A program made the position numbers and the translations under genes. Shown here piece by piece: positions 13,390 to 25,288 of a stretch of 64,000 bases of DNA. Source of the stretch: Heterodontus francisci (Eukaryota). Below the pieces are notes generated by a model, which worked only from the letters and a program-made list of their open reading frames with translations, had not been told where the DNA came from and searched no databases. The DNA lies in NCBI RefSeq assembly GCF_036365525.1, contig NC_090403.1:57971095-58035094 (forward strand), in the 5' to 3' direction. How positions within the stretch are numbered: the stretch's first letter is position 1; the number at the start of each line of letters is the position of its first letter.

Positions 13390-13641
13390 ACTTCCGGCTC
13401 GCGGGGAGGGGGCGGGGCAAGAGAGGAGGCGGGGCGAGAGGGGGAGGCGGGGCGAGAGAGGGGGAGGCGGGGCGTGAGAGGGGGAGGCGGGGCGTGAGAG
13501 GGGGAGGCGGGGCGACAGAGGAGGAGGGGCCGAGAGGTGGGGAGGGGTGTGTCCGTACAGGGGTCAAGTGAAGGGGCGGACGGTGTGCGGAACCTTTGTA
13601 GGCGGAAATGCTGGGACGGATTAAAATGAAACCCCGGAAGT
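13390..13641. promoter_or_regulatory. Bidirectional CpG-island promoter with ETS/GABP sites and a GC-box array
   Basis: ACTTCCGG at 13390-13397 and CCGGAAGT at 13634-13641 in opposite orientation, flanking about 5 tandem GGGGAGGCGGGGC Sp/KLF boxes (13405-13515). Confidence 0.75.
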
Positions 13642-13708
13642 GGGACGGGCCTCCCTGCTCCAGGAATCAATCCCCGGGTTTGCGCCGGCTGTGAAGCCGG
13701 GCTGCAGG

Positions 13709-13898
13709 ATGTGGGCTGGTGCCTTGTCCGTTTGTTGTCTGGTGCTGACCTCCTGCGGCCTAACCACCGTCGGCTGCTCCCAGGGGGACCGGGAGCCGTA
13801 TTACCGCCAGTGTGTCCGGCTGTGCGAGCGGCAAAACTGTACCGGCGCCAGGTACCGGGCCTTCCGCAAGTTACAGCCTCTCCACATGCTGGTGACAG
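13709..13898 (+). CDS. PGAP3: PGAP3 (post-GPI attachment to proteins phospholipase 3, Per1 family) exon 1
   Basis: MWAGALSVCCLVLTSCGLTTVGCSQGDREPYYRQCVRLCERQNCTG...HMLVT; signal peptide plus SQGDRE motif; donor ACAG|GTGAGA. Confidence 0.95.
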
Positions 13899-13899
13899 G

Positions 13900-15555
13900 T
13901 GAGACTCTCACTGGGGTCCAGTTCCACACACACTGACTCTCTCTGGGGTACAGTTCCACACACACTGACTCTCACTGGGGTACAGTTCCACACACACTGA
14001 CTCTCACTGGGGTACAGTTCCACACACACTGACTCTCACTGGGGTACAGTTCCACACACACTGACTCTCACTGGGGTACAGTTCCACACACACTGACTCA
14101 CACTGGGGTCCAGTTCCACACACACTGACTCTCTCTGGGGTCCAGTTCCACACACACTGACTCTCACTGGGGTACAGTTCCACACACACTGACACTCACT
14201 GGGGTACAGTTCCACACACACTGACTCTCACTGGGGTACAGTTCCACACACACTGACTCACACTGGGGTCCAGTTCCACACACACTGACTCTCACTGGGG
14301 TACAGTTCCACACACACTGACTCTCACTGGGGTACAGTTCCACACGCACTGACTCTCACTGGGGTACAGTTCCACACACACTGACTCTCTCTGGGGTCCA
14401 GTTCCACACACACTGACTCTCACTGGGGTACAGTTCCACACACACTGACTCACACTGGGGTACAGTTCCACACACACTGACTCTCACTGGGGTACAGTTC
14501 CACACGCACTGACTCTCACTGGGGTACAGTTCCACACACACTGACTCTCTCTGGGGTCCAGTTCCACACACACTGACTCTCACTGGGGTACAGTTCCACA
14601 CACACTGACTCTCACTGGGGTACAGTTCCACACACACTGACTCTCACTGGGGTCCAGTTCCACACACACTGACACTCACTGGGGTCCAGTTCCACACACA
14701 CTGACTCTCTCTGGGGTACAGTTCCACACACACTGACTCTCTCTGGGGTCCAGTTCCACACACACTGACTCTCACTGGGGTCCAGTTCCACACACACTGA
14801 CTCTCACTGGGGTACAGTTCCACACACACTGACACTCACTGGGGTCCAGTTCCACACACACTGACTCTCTCTGGGGTACAGTTCCACACACACTGACTCT
14901 CTCTGGGGTCCAGTTCCACACACACTGACTCTCACTGGGGTCCAGTTCCACACACACTGACTCTCACTGGGGTACAGTTCCACACACACTGACACTCACT
15001 GGGGTCCAGTTCCACACACACTGACTCTCACTGGGGTACAGTTCCACACACACTGACACTCACTGGGGTCCAGTTCCACACACACTGACTCTCTCTGGGG
15101 TACAGTTCCACACACACTGACTCTCACTGGGGTACAGTTCCACACACACTGACTCTGACTGGGGTACAGTTCCACACACACTGACTCTCACTGGGTTACA
15201 GTTCCACACACACTGACTCTCACTGGGGTACAGTTCCACACACACTGACTCTCACTGGGGTACAGTTCCACACACACTGACTCTCACTGGGGTACAGTTC
15301 CACACGCACTGACTCCCACTGGGGTACAGTTCCACACGCACTGACTCCCACTGGTGTCCAGTTCCACACGCACTGACTCCCACTGGTGTCCAGTTCCACA
15401 CGCACTGACTCCCACTGGTGTCCAGTTCCACACGCACTGACTCCCACTGGGGGACTGTTCCACACGCACTGACTCTCACTGGGGGACTGTTCCACAGGCA
15501 CTGACTCTCACTGGGGGACTGTTCTACAGGCACTGACTCTCACTGGGGGACTGTT
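13900..15555. repeat. 32-bp minisatellite (CTGACTCTCACTGGGGTACAGTTCCACACACA)n, ~50 copies
   Basis: Directly visible; starts at the PGAP3 exon-1 donor. Confidence 0.97.
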
Positions 15556-15797
15556 CATTCTGTACCTGATGTCTGCACCCCTGCCACTCCCGCAGGATTG
15601 AGTGGGCGTTGATCAAGGGCAGGCTGAGACAATGCAGCCTTTACCCGGCCTGGTCTCTGTGGCTCGTTAATAAGCGTTGCTGCTGTTATAAATGTCGAAC
15701 ACATTACTGTTGTGTTGTCTTTGGGAGATGGGGCTTTTTGTCGTGAATTGCTGGTTTGCAGCAGCTGAGCTTTGACCATGTTTGTTTCTGTTGGCAG

Positions 15798-15895
15798 GAT
15801 GGACCTGTGCTGATGACTGTAAGTACAACTGTATGTGGGCGACAGTGGGACTGTACGTTAAAGAAGGGCACAATGTGCCTCAATTTCATGGCAAG
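15798..15895 (+). CDS. PGAP3: PGAP3 exon 2
   Basis: ggcag|GA TGG ACC TGT GCT GAT GAC TGT AAG TAC... ([21 protein letters not shown])|gtaat; 98 nt. Confidence 0.96.
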
Positions 15896-16175
15896 GTAAT
15901 GTGGCCACTGCTGCGATGCTGTGACTCACAGGCGTGTACTTGATACCATCTTTGGCTGGCAGAATATACGGTGTTTTGGGTTCCTGGGGACCAATGAGAC
16001 CCTGCCCCGTGGCCGAGACAGCGCCAGTGACCATTACCCTCGTCAAGATCATTTGTTGTGACCCCACCCACCCGTGCAGATTGTGTGGGTCAGAGAGTCG
16101 GTGTTTGAGCTTTGGGTCAGCATGCTGGGCTGTTTTTCTGCTTTGACTGCTACCTCTGTTTGTTTCCTCCTCCAG

Positions 16176-16328
16176 TGGCCCTTCTACCGATTCCTCTTCT
16201 TCCAGGAACCTGCCTCAGCCGTTGCCTCCATGCTGAATGGACTGGCCAACTTGGTGATGTTGGGCAGGTATCGGGCAGCAGTGCCTACAGAGTCTCCGAT
16301 GTACCATTCGTGCATCTCCTTCGCCATG
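16176..16328 (+). CDS. PGAP3: PGAP3 exon 3
   Basis: ctccag|[22 protein letters not shown]...SFAM|gtaatc; 153 nt. Confidence 0.96.
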
Positions 16329-17221
16329 GTAATCACAATATTTAATTCTTGTTCTTCTGATATTGTAAAACTGTGGTGCTGTGGAAACATAAACACAGAC
16401 TAATACCCCAAAATGTTCAACTCTCTGACCATCTGTACAGAGCTCCTGGCCCTAGTGTGAGGCCTGGATAACCTATTCTGCACCTCCCTGCATCGTGATT
16501 CAAACTTGTGTGTGTGGAGGATTCCTGGAAATGAGGACACCCTCCTGAGTGTTGTCAAGCTATTCACTCAGTTGCTGGGGATGGGTGGGAGGTTGTTGGG
16601 GGTGGGGGGGGGCGTCGGGGGGGAATCACCTCAAGCCCATTCCTGGTCTCACCCTTTGTCCACACATGTAGTTTCTCAGACGACTCAGGACTGGAACCCG
16701 GCCTGGTTTATCCCCTCCCAAGTCTCCAGCTAATTCTGGTGTCTGTCTGAGGGTGGGTGTAGGGGGGAAGTGAGTGTTGAGGCAATCCATTGCTCATTTC
16801 CCACCCTCTGCAGTGTTTCCTTCGTCTGAGTGACTGCACAAAGGCGGCACTTAGTTTTTTATTGGCTGTTCCCCGTGAGAGTTTTTAGTTGAAACGCAAG
16901 GAAGTTCTGCTAAACCTTTATAAATCACTGGTTTTGCCTCAGCTGGAATATTGTGTCCAATTCCGGATGTCACACTTTAGGAGGATGTCAAAGATTTGGA
17001 GAGGGTGCAGAGGAGATTTACTAAAATGGTCCCAGAGTTAAGAGATTCCAGTTATGTGGAGACACTGGAGAAGCTGGGATTGTTTTCCTTGGAGCAGAGA
17101 TGGTTAAGAGAAGATTTAATAGTTATTCAAAATCATGTAAGATTTTGATGAGAGTAAATAAGGAGAAACTATTTCCAGTGGCAAGAGGGTCAGTAACAGA
17201 GGATTCATATTTAAGGTAATT

Positions 17222-17420
17222 AAAGCAAAATACTGCAGATGCTGGAAATCTGAAATACAAACAAGAAATGCTGGAAATACTCAGCAGGTCTGGCAGCATC
17301 TGTGGAGAGAGAAGCAGAGTTAACGTTTCAGGTCTGTGACCTGATGAATGTTAACTCTGTTTCTCTCACCACAGATGCTGCCAGACCTGCTGAGTATTTC
17401 CAACATTTCTTGTTTCTTTT
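17222..17420. mobile_element. Inverted (palindromic) pair of Penelope-derived repeats inserted in CR1
   Basis: Arms 17222-17330 and ~17350-17420 are reverse complements; flanked by imperfect direct repeats TTCATATTTAAGGTAATT and TTCATGTTTAAGGTGATT. Confidence 0.75.
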
Positions 17421-17632
17421 TCATGTTTAAGGTGATTGCCAAAAGTAGCTGAGGGGAGATGAGAATTTGTTTTACTCAGTTGTTGTGATCTGGAATGCGC
17501 TACCTGAAAGGACAGTGGAAGCAGATTCAATAATAACTTTCAAAAGGGAACTAGATTTGAAGGGGAAAATTTCCGGGCTGTGGGGGAAGAGAAAGGGAGT
17601 GGGATTAATTGGATAGGTCTTTCATAGTGTCT

Positions 17633-18731
17633 TGTGACAATCAGGTGAGGGGGGGGTGTCAAAGGGTTCCCCTCTTGTCCCCCTCCTTGTTTGACTACAG
17701 CCGGTTTATTTCCTTTTTAAAAAGTGGCTATAGTTTCCAATTCAGTGAGCATTTAACTATTTACATACTATGATCATAAAAAGAGCCAATCGGAAAGGTT
17801 TTCTTGAGTTTAACAAAGGAAGAGGTTAGCTTTATTGTATTGAAACCAATTTAAGTAAAATAATAAACCACGCCCCAACTTTCTCTCTCACACACACACA
17901 CACTTGTAAGTTCTCACACTCACACAAATAGGCACAGAGTGCGAAAGGATAGATTGGTCGGATTCGAGTCCGGAGCAATAAAAAGGGGGATACAGTCTGT
18001 GGAGTTTGGTGACTGGGCTGGATTCAGGCTGAATTCGGTGGTTCTAACTTAAGGCTTCCAGTTTGCAGATGAAGACATCAGATTCAGTGGTTCTCCTGGT
18101 GACAGCGATACAGATGATTTCCTTCACGGGGTCTCTGTCTGCAGCAGCGATAGACCTGGGTGGTTACGGCAGCAGGCAGAGTTCGAAGCTTGTAAGGTGG
18201 ACTAGAGAGAGGGAGGGAGGAGGGATCCCACTCTGGTCGGTGTCTGGCTGCTTGTCTCGGTTGCTGCAGAGAAAACACCAGCTTAAACGCACAGATTCTG
18301 GGCCTGTCACATGACCATCATCCAGTGTTTCAACATGATGGCTCTGTGTATTCCCTCTTGCAACTTCATCAGTTCATGTCTAGGAATTCCTTTCTCTCAA
18401 TCGGGATCCAATTGTTCAAGTGATTAGGTTTGAGTGGTTCGTCTCCGCCAATTTCATGTTCCAAGTGATTGCCTTAAAGGCTTGCTAATGGAAGCATGAC
18501 AGGTAGTTCACTCAAATTCCCCAGGTCATTGTTCTGTAGGGGACTGGGCAGACAACGTCTCCATCTTGATGAATTGGAATGTAGGGTAAAGTAATGCAAA
18601 TTGCGGTGGCCATCTTAACTGCTAGCAGTCATCTTTTATCTGTTTCTTTTTTCCTTTTTAAAAATTTAATTCAGGTTGCCAGCCGGTGAATTTAAAAAAA
18701 TCATCATTTGGCATAGCACGATTTTGTGACA
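17633..18731 (-). mobile_element. Solo LTR (~1.1 kb) with 4-bp TSD
   Basis: Ends TGTGAC...GTGACA (TG..CA), GTCT duplicated at 17629-17632 and 18732-18735, interrupts a CR1 3' tail; strand tentative from minus-strand AATAAA. Confidence 0.7.
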
Positions 18732-19101
18732 GTCTGCAGGGCATGATGGGCCGAATGGCCTCCTGTACTGTATGATTCTATGAAGAGGCTTGTGCTGACC
18801 CTTTCCCTACCCATTGACAGTTAGAGTGATAATGTCCTTCTCCCATAATGGGATTGGCATCTGTTGAGGCAGGGTTGAATGGTTGTCACTGTGCACTGTG
18901 TTCTGCTTACCTCAGCCCAGTCCTCTCACCACTCATCACTGTGGTGTTAGTTTGAATTGGACTCAAGTCCCGTGTTATGCCTACGCAGTGTTAAAAGTCC
19001 CTAAACTGACCTCCCCGCTGACTGCACCTAGGATTGAAAGCTGGGCTCTTTGTGACTGATGTTTAAAGTGCTTAGCAACCACTTTCTGTCTCTTCCTGTA
19101 G

Positions 19102-19164
19102 GTTACCCTCAATGCCTGGGTGTGGTCCACAGTGTTCCACACACGTGACACCCCACTAACAGAG
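19102..19164 (+). CDS. PGAP3: PGAP3 exon 4
   Basis: ctgtag|VTLNAWVWSTVFHTRDTPLTE|gtgagt; contains the CREST-family SxxxH motif; 63 nt. Confidence 0.96.
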
Positions 19165-19269
19165 GTGAGTAGCCAGATTCCCCGGGCTGCGACGTCACTC
19201 ATAACCGAACAGTTGTGGTTTTAAAACAGAACCAGCACTGTTGGTTTTATTGTCATTTTAATTTTGCAG

Positions 19270-19331
19270 AAGATGGATTACTTCTGTGCTTCGTCTGTGG
19301 TGCTGTACTCCATCTACCTGTGCTGTGTCCG
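19270..19331 (+). CDS. PGAP3: PGAP3 exon 5
   Basis: ttgcag|[20 protein letters not shown](R)|gtgagt; 62 nt. Confidence 0.96.
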
Positions 19332-19592
19332 GTGAGTCTTTAATGTTGAAATTCACTGCCTGCCTTACAGCACTGCTGAGATTGATGTGCCCCATCACTG
19401 TCAGCGCCACCGTCACCAGTAGCTGGTTTCAATCTGACAGGTGGCGAATCTTCTGGTAAGGTTGTGAAATTGAACCTTTAGGATCGGCACAACATTGAAC
19501 GACAGCAGTGTCCTGTACATGCTCGGACAGGGGCAGGAGATCTGTAAACCACCCCCCCACCCGAGCCTCTGGCCCTTCCCAACTTCTGATAG

Positions 19593-20140
19593 TGTCAGCT
19601 GTGGCTCAGTGGGTAGTACTGTTGCCTCTGAGATGGAAGGTTGTGGGTTCAAGTTCCACTCCAAGAATTGTGTGCAAAAATCCAGGCCGACACTCCCAGT
19701 GCAGTACCGAGGGAGCACTGCACTGTCGGAGGGGCAGTACTGGGAGAGCGCCGCGCTGTCGGAGGGGCTGTCTTTGGTGATGAGATGTTTAACCAAGGCT
19801 CTGTCTGCCCTCTCAGGTAGTCGTAAGAGATCCCATCACACGATTCTGAAGAAGGGAAGGGGAGTTCTCCCCAGTGTCCTGACCAATATTTATCCCTCAA
19901 TCAACTTGGCATGGATTCGATGGGCTGAATGGGCCGCTTCTGTGCCATAAATGACTTTGACATCACAAAAACAGATTGCGTCAGTATCATATTGCTGTTT
20001 GTGGGATCTTGCTGTGCAAATTGGCTGCTGCATTTCCTACATTACAGCAGTGTCTACACTTCAAAAATACCTCATTAACTGTAAAGTGCCTTGAGACGTC
20101 CTGTGTTTGTGAAAGGCGCTATAGAAATGCAAGACTTTCT
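19593..20140 (+). mobile_element. DeuSINE/SacSINE1-like SINE
   Basis: A-box TGGCTCAGTGGG, B-box GGTTCAAGTTCC, Deu-like GATGAGATGTTTAACCAAGGC, L2-like tail AAAGGCGCTATAGAAATGCAAG. Confidence 0.75.
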
Positions 20141-21053
20141 TTATAATGGGGGGGGAATGTTAGTGCACCCCTCCTGGCGGGAGCAGGATAATGGGGGGGG
20201 ATTATATTGCAGGGCTCAGACCTACCATCCTGTTCCCGCTGGCTGCTGTTTTTCCACTCACTGCGGTTTGGGGGCTGAGGTCCCAGCCAGCAGCAGGCAG
20301 AAGCCTCACGATTGGTGCAAATCAAAGTCCCATCTTTGGTATGAGCCCCAATTAGCCTGGGCCATAGCTAGCGCAAGGGCGAAGGGCCCATCCAAAGTTA
20401 GTGCTCCTCTTTGGAGGCCTCCCCAACTAAGGTCATGGGCACCCCTGCCCACGACTCCACGCCACCCCCTACCCTACAGCAACCCCTACCCTCCTGGCAA
20501 CCCTTCCTTTGGTGCTGCCCAAACCACTGCTGGCCCTGCAGGCACCTTCTGGGTGAGCAGCTGTTCAATGGCCAGGGATAAAATACCCCAGACAGAAATC
20601 TGGATCTCTGTTTGCTTCCTGCCCCCAATGTGGGGCAGTGGTCAGTGAGCGGAATGGGGGTACGGCAGGGGGGTGGCTGGGAGGGGAATCGGCAGGGGGG
20701 AAGGAGGAGTTAGGGAAAGTGACTGAAGGCAATTTGAAGGAATGGGCTTGGAATACGTGGCGAGAGCTGACCAAATGTCGGGTTGAGAAATTGTGTGCTT
20801 TGATATGGATAATTCCCAGGAGGTGTATGGTGTCCTTTATGGCTGCATGTAACCAGTGCATGTAACCAGTGCATGATCCAACTCCCTGTACATCAAGTCT
20901 TTAAATATTTACAGGTATTTTATGATAATTCTGTATTTAATGACAAGGCAGCAGCAGAGGCCCAATGCTTTTGTGGGCTGTCTGTAGGATGTGCCTGGCA
21001 CACAGTAACTGCTGGAAGCTGCCTTACCACTTCTGGCTCTATTCATTCTCTAG

Positions 21054-21190
21054 GACGCTGGGTCTGTATCACCCCTGGACGTCCAGTCTCTTTGGGGCAC
21101 TGCTCATCATATTGTTCGCTTGTCACGTCTGGTACCTCACCTATGTGAATTTCGACTATGGGTACAACATGGTTGCCAGCATTTTGATAG
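21054..21190 (+). CDS. PGAP3: PGAP3 exon 6
   Basis: ctctag|G TLGLYHPWTSSLFGALLIILFACHVWYLTYVNFDYGYNMVASILI G|gtgagt; FDYGYNM motif; 137 nt. Confidence 0.96.
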
Positions 21191-21316
21191 GTGAGTGAGG
21201 CTCCGTCTGGAGTCCAGCCTGTTCCTTACTTTAGTAAAAATGTGTTTTAAATACAAATGTTTCTGTACCTCTGGGTTTAAATCCATCCCAGACTGTCAGA
21301 CTACAAGACAGTATCA

Positions 21317-21482
21317 AGGGAGCTTTACTCTGTATCTAACCCCATGCTGTACCAGTCCTGGGAGTGTTTGATAGGGACGGTGTAGAGGGAGCTTTACTCT
21401 GTATCTAACCCCGTGCTGTACCTGTCTTGGGAGTGTTTGATAGGGACGGTGTAGAGGGAGCTTTACTCTGTATCTAACCCCG
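21317..21482. repeat. 69-bp tandem repeat (GGGAGCTTTACTCTGTATCTAACCCCGTGCTGTACCTGTCTTGGGAGTGTTTGATAGGGACGGTGTAGA), ~2.4 copies; continues at 27951-28011
   Basis: Period 69 (21318, 21387, 21456); the third unit is broken by the Tx1 insertion. Confidence 0.9.
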
Positions 21483-21590
21483 TTTTTTTTTTTGTCGAGG
21501 GGGCCTTTATTCCTCAGGCCCCCTTTATATACACACTTATATTTTTTAAATCACTTTATTAAACCCAGATAAATAAACAAAAAACTCAAA

Positions 21591-24500
21591 TTAAAATGCC
21601 ATTTTCGGCGTCGACAATGCACTCCAGTCCCTGCGGTGCCCACCGGTCGCGGAAGGCCTCAAGCGTACCGGCGGACACCGCATGCTCCTTTTCCAGGGAC
21701 ACCCGGGCGCGAACGTAACCGCGGAAGAGGGGCAGGCAATCGGGGAGGACGGACCCCCCCCGACGGCCCGCAACCTGGACCTGTGAATTGCCACCTTGGC
21801 CAGGCCCAGGAGCAGACCGACGAGGAGATCCTCCTCCCGGCCCAAGCCCCTCCGCACCGGGTGCCCAAAGATCAGGAGCGTGGGACTGAAGTGCAGCCAG
21901 AATTTGAGGAGCAGCCCCTTCAGATACTCAAATCGGGGCTGCAACCTCGCACACTCCGTATAAATGTGGAACACGGACTCGTCCAGGCCGCAGAAAGTAC
22001 AGGTGGCCTGGGAGCCCGTGAACCTACTTAAAAGCCTATTGCACGGGACTGCTCTGTGCAGCACCCTCCACCCCAGGTCCCCGATGTAAAGGGGGAAGAC
22101 TCCCGCGTAGAGACCTCCATCGGGGTTTGCCCTCGCCGCCAGATGGCAACGCGGACCGCCAGGGCGTGTCCGGCCGGCTGACGAGGGCGAGGAAGTGGAG
22201 AGTGTGCAGGAGCAGCCCGTACAGGAAACCCCTCCGCGCCGATTGGAATGGCACGGAGGGCATTTCCGAGAGGCGGCTCGGGTTGTGTGGGACCGGCTCC
22301 CGAGGAGGGTTTCGGGGCCTGGGTCCGATGAGCAGTTCCGGCCGAGCAGGGGTCCGCTCGGCCAGGAGTGCTCCGCACTCCCGATCCACCTCGCCACCCG
22401 CAGTGAGGGTCGTCCCGGGGGTTTCGGCTACTCCTCCGCCCGCCGGACTGTCCCCGGAGTCGGCCGCCCGGACAGCCGAGGCGCTCTCCTCCGCCGGCGG
22501 AGGAGCGCCCTGACTGGAGGCGACCATGTTCCAGACTCGGAAAAGATCCCGGTAAAAGACAGGCAACTCCCTCAGAGAGGCGCGGCTAACGGACTCCACC
22601 GGGAGCTGCGTGTCGTCTTGAAGGCAGTGACACTGGCGGAAAAAATACGTCGCCAGCGCACACCATCTGGGAGGACGCTCGACGTACAGGTATCTCTGCA
22701 GGGTCCGAAGGCGGAGAGTCGCAGCCTGGGTGCGGACGCACACCAGCGACTGACCGCCCTCCTCGATCGGGAGACTCAGGACCGCGGCAGAGACCCAGTG
22801 TTTCCTCTTGCCCCAGAAGAAATCGACGAGTTTCTTCTGGATCTTGGTGGCAAATACAGGGGGCGGGGCCAAAGTGACCAACCGGTACCACAGCATGGAG
22901 GCCACCAGTTGGTTTATGACCAACGCTCGGCCCCTGTAGGAAAGCACTCGGAGCAGTCCTGTCCAGCGCCCCAGCCGAGCGGTGACTTTCGCCTCCAACT
23001 CCTGCCAGTTTGCCGGCCAGGCTTCCTCAGCGGGGCTAAGGTGGACTCCCAGATCGAGGAGGTGCGTGGTGCTCCACGCAAAAGGTGTCAACTCCTCCGG
23101 CAGGGAGTCCAACCACCACTGACCCACCAGGATTCCGGAACATTTCTCCCAATTGATCCTCGTGGAGGACACGGCAGAAAAGATCTGCTGGCAGTCGCGC
23201 ATCCTCCGCAAGTCAACGTGATCTGTGACCGCGAGGAGCACGTCATCGGCGTAAGCCGAGAGGACGACCCGCATGGCCGGCTCGCACAGAGCCAGTCCGG
23301 TCAACCTCCTGCGAAGCAGACACAGGAAGAGTTCCACGCAGCTGGTGTACAATAGGCCGGACATGGGGCATCCCTGATGCACTCCTCTCCCAAAGCGAAG
23401 GGGCGTCGTTAAGGACCCGTTAACCTTGAATAGACACTCTGCGGCAGCAGATAAAAGTCAGACCCGGGCCTCAAATTGCAACCCGAGTACAAAAAGGTAT
23501 TCGTGATCCACCCTGTCGAACGCCTTCTCCTGATCAAGGGAGAGAAAGGCGACCGACTGACCAGTCCTCTGGGAAAGGTGGATCAGGTCCCGGACCAGGT
23601 AGATGTTGTCCTGGATGGACCGGCCCTTGACCGTGGAGGACTGGAGCCCAGGCAGGCAAAGATCTTATAATCCGTGCTGAGGAGGGAGTCCGGATGCCAG
23701 TTTTTAAGCAGACGGAGATCGCCCCTCTTCGGCAGCAGGATGATGACCGCTCTGCACCACGAGAGGGACATCTCCCGTCGCCAGGCTTTCCCACAGGACC
23801 CGCGTGTAATCGTCCCCCAGGACGTCCCAGAACGCTCTGAGGAACTCTACGGTCAGCCCGTCCAGCCCCGGGGATTTGCCCCTCGAGAGCTGCAGGAGAG
23901 TGCTGGTCAGCTCCGCCAGCGTGAGCGGACCCTCCAAACCATCGGCGCCCTCCGGGCTGACCTGCAGCAGGTCCTCCCACAAAACTCTGCGCGCGTCCTC
24001 GCTGGATGGATCCGGAGAGAACAACGCACTGTAGTAAGTACGGACCAGGAGGCCCATTCCCTCCGGATCCGTGATGGAGGATCCGTCGTCGGCCAGCAGC
24101 TCAACGAGCTGCTTACGGACTCCCCGCCATTGTTCCAGCGAGTAGAAGAAGGGTGAGGCGCGGATCAAATCTTCCAGGATCTGGATCCGCGACATCACGA
24201 ACGTGCCTCGGGACCCTATGAGCTGCAGGTCCCTCAGCGCGCCCTTCTTCTCTTTGTACGCCTGCCACAGGGCCGGGTCCACGACGGCATGACCGAGGCA
24301 GGACTCCAAGTCGAGCACCTCCCTCTCTAGGCGCCCGATCTCAGCTTCCCGCCTCTTGGTCGACCCCTTAGCGTACTCCTGACAGAAGACGTGGATGTGA
24401 GTCTTGCCCACATCCCACCATAGCCTCAAGGAGGGGAAGCCCCCCTGCTTCCTTCTCCAGTCGGCCCAGAATCGACAGAACGAGTCCCGAAATCGCACGT

Positions 24501-25253
24501 CCTCCAGCAGCCGGTTGTTAAAGTGCCAGTACGAGGACCCCGCCCGCATTCGGAGTGGAGTGAACTCTGGCCTCACCAGATGGTGGTCCGAGCACGGCAC
24601 CAGCCGCATGGAGGCCGCCGAGACGCGGGAGACGTACACCTGCGAAAATTAGAGGCGGTCGATTCTGGACCCTCCTCCTTCAGACCTCCACGTGAAGGCA
24701 CTGGAGTCGGGATGGAGATTCCGCCAGACGTCCACCAAGTTGAGGGAGCTGATCAGTTCCTTCTCCACCGACGCTTGGCCGCGCTGGGGACCGGAGCGAT
24801 CCCCCACCTCGAGGGTGCAGATAAAATCTTTCCCGAGGATGATGTATTCACCGCTATCGATGGAGCTCAAGAGAGCGGACACTTCTTCAAAGAAGCGCGC
24901 TTGCAACGCGCCGAGCCTGGGCGCGTACACGTTCACAAAGTGGAGCGGCACGCTACCCAGGCGAACGGCGAGGTGGAGCAAGCGGCCCGGCACTAACTCC
25001 ATGACCGCCAAGATCTCCGGCTGAAAAGTCGGGGCCAACAAGATAGCCACCCCACTAGAAATAGGGGTGAGATGACTCGTAGACCCCATCCCTGCCACTC
25101 CAGGAGCCAGGTGGCTTTCTCTCCCGGAACGGTGTGGGTTTCCTGCAGAAAGCTCACCGCGTATCTCCCTTCCCTGAGGACTGAGAGATTGTGAAATCTG
25201 CGGTGAGACCCCCTGCTGCCGTTGATGTTGAGGCTGGCTATGGTTATCTTCAT
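21591..25253 (-). pseudogene. Tx1 ORF2 (AP endonuclease, reverse transcriptase, C-terminal zinc finger), frameshifted
   Basis: MKITIASLNINGSR..FLQETH, SRIDR, SDHH, KSPGLDGLT, QGCPMS, SAYADDV, INWEKC, CTFCG..ESVFHIYTEC spread over several frames. Confidence 0.9.
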
Positions 25254-25288
25254 GTCAAAGGTACTTAAAAAAAAAAGTCACCAACAGC

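Larger units (their letters stand above)
16880..18783 (+). mobile_element. CR1-like LINE 3' remnant carrying two nested insertions
   Basis: LYKSLV-PQLEYCVQF, LFSLEQR codons; tail GGGCCGAATGGCCTCCTGTACTGTATGATTCTATG at ~18750-18783. Confidence 0.75.

Noticed and set aside
13900-15555. CRISPR-like appearance of 31-41-bp repeats (also 31741-32027, 34550-49530, 49822-51525)
   Set aside because: Head-to-tail units without unique spacers, no cas genes, vertebrate context
20091-20865. 185-aa ORF and GC-rich stretch in PGAP3 intron 5
   Set aside because: Starts in a SINE tail and has no domain signal; I could not define termini or TSDs
22195-23355. 386-aa plus-strand ORF antisense to the Tx1 RT
   Set aside because: Expected shadow ORF in GC-rich coding DNA
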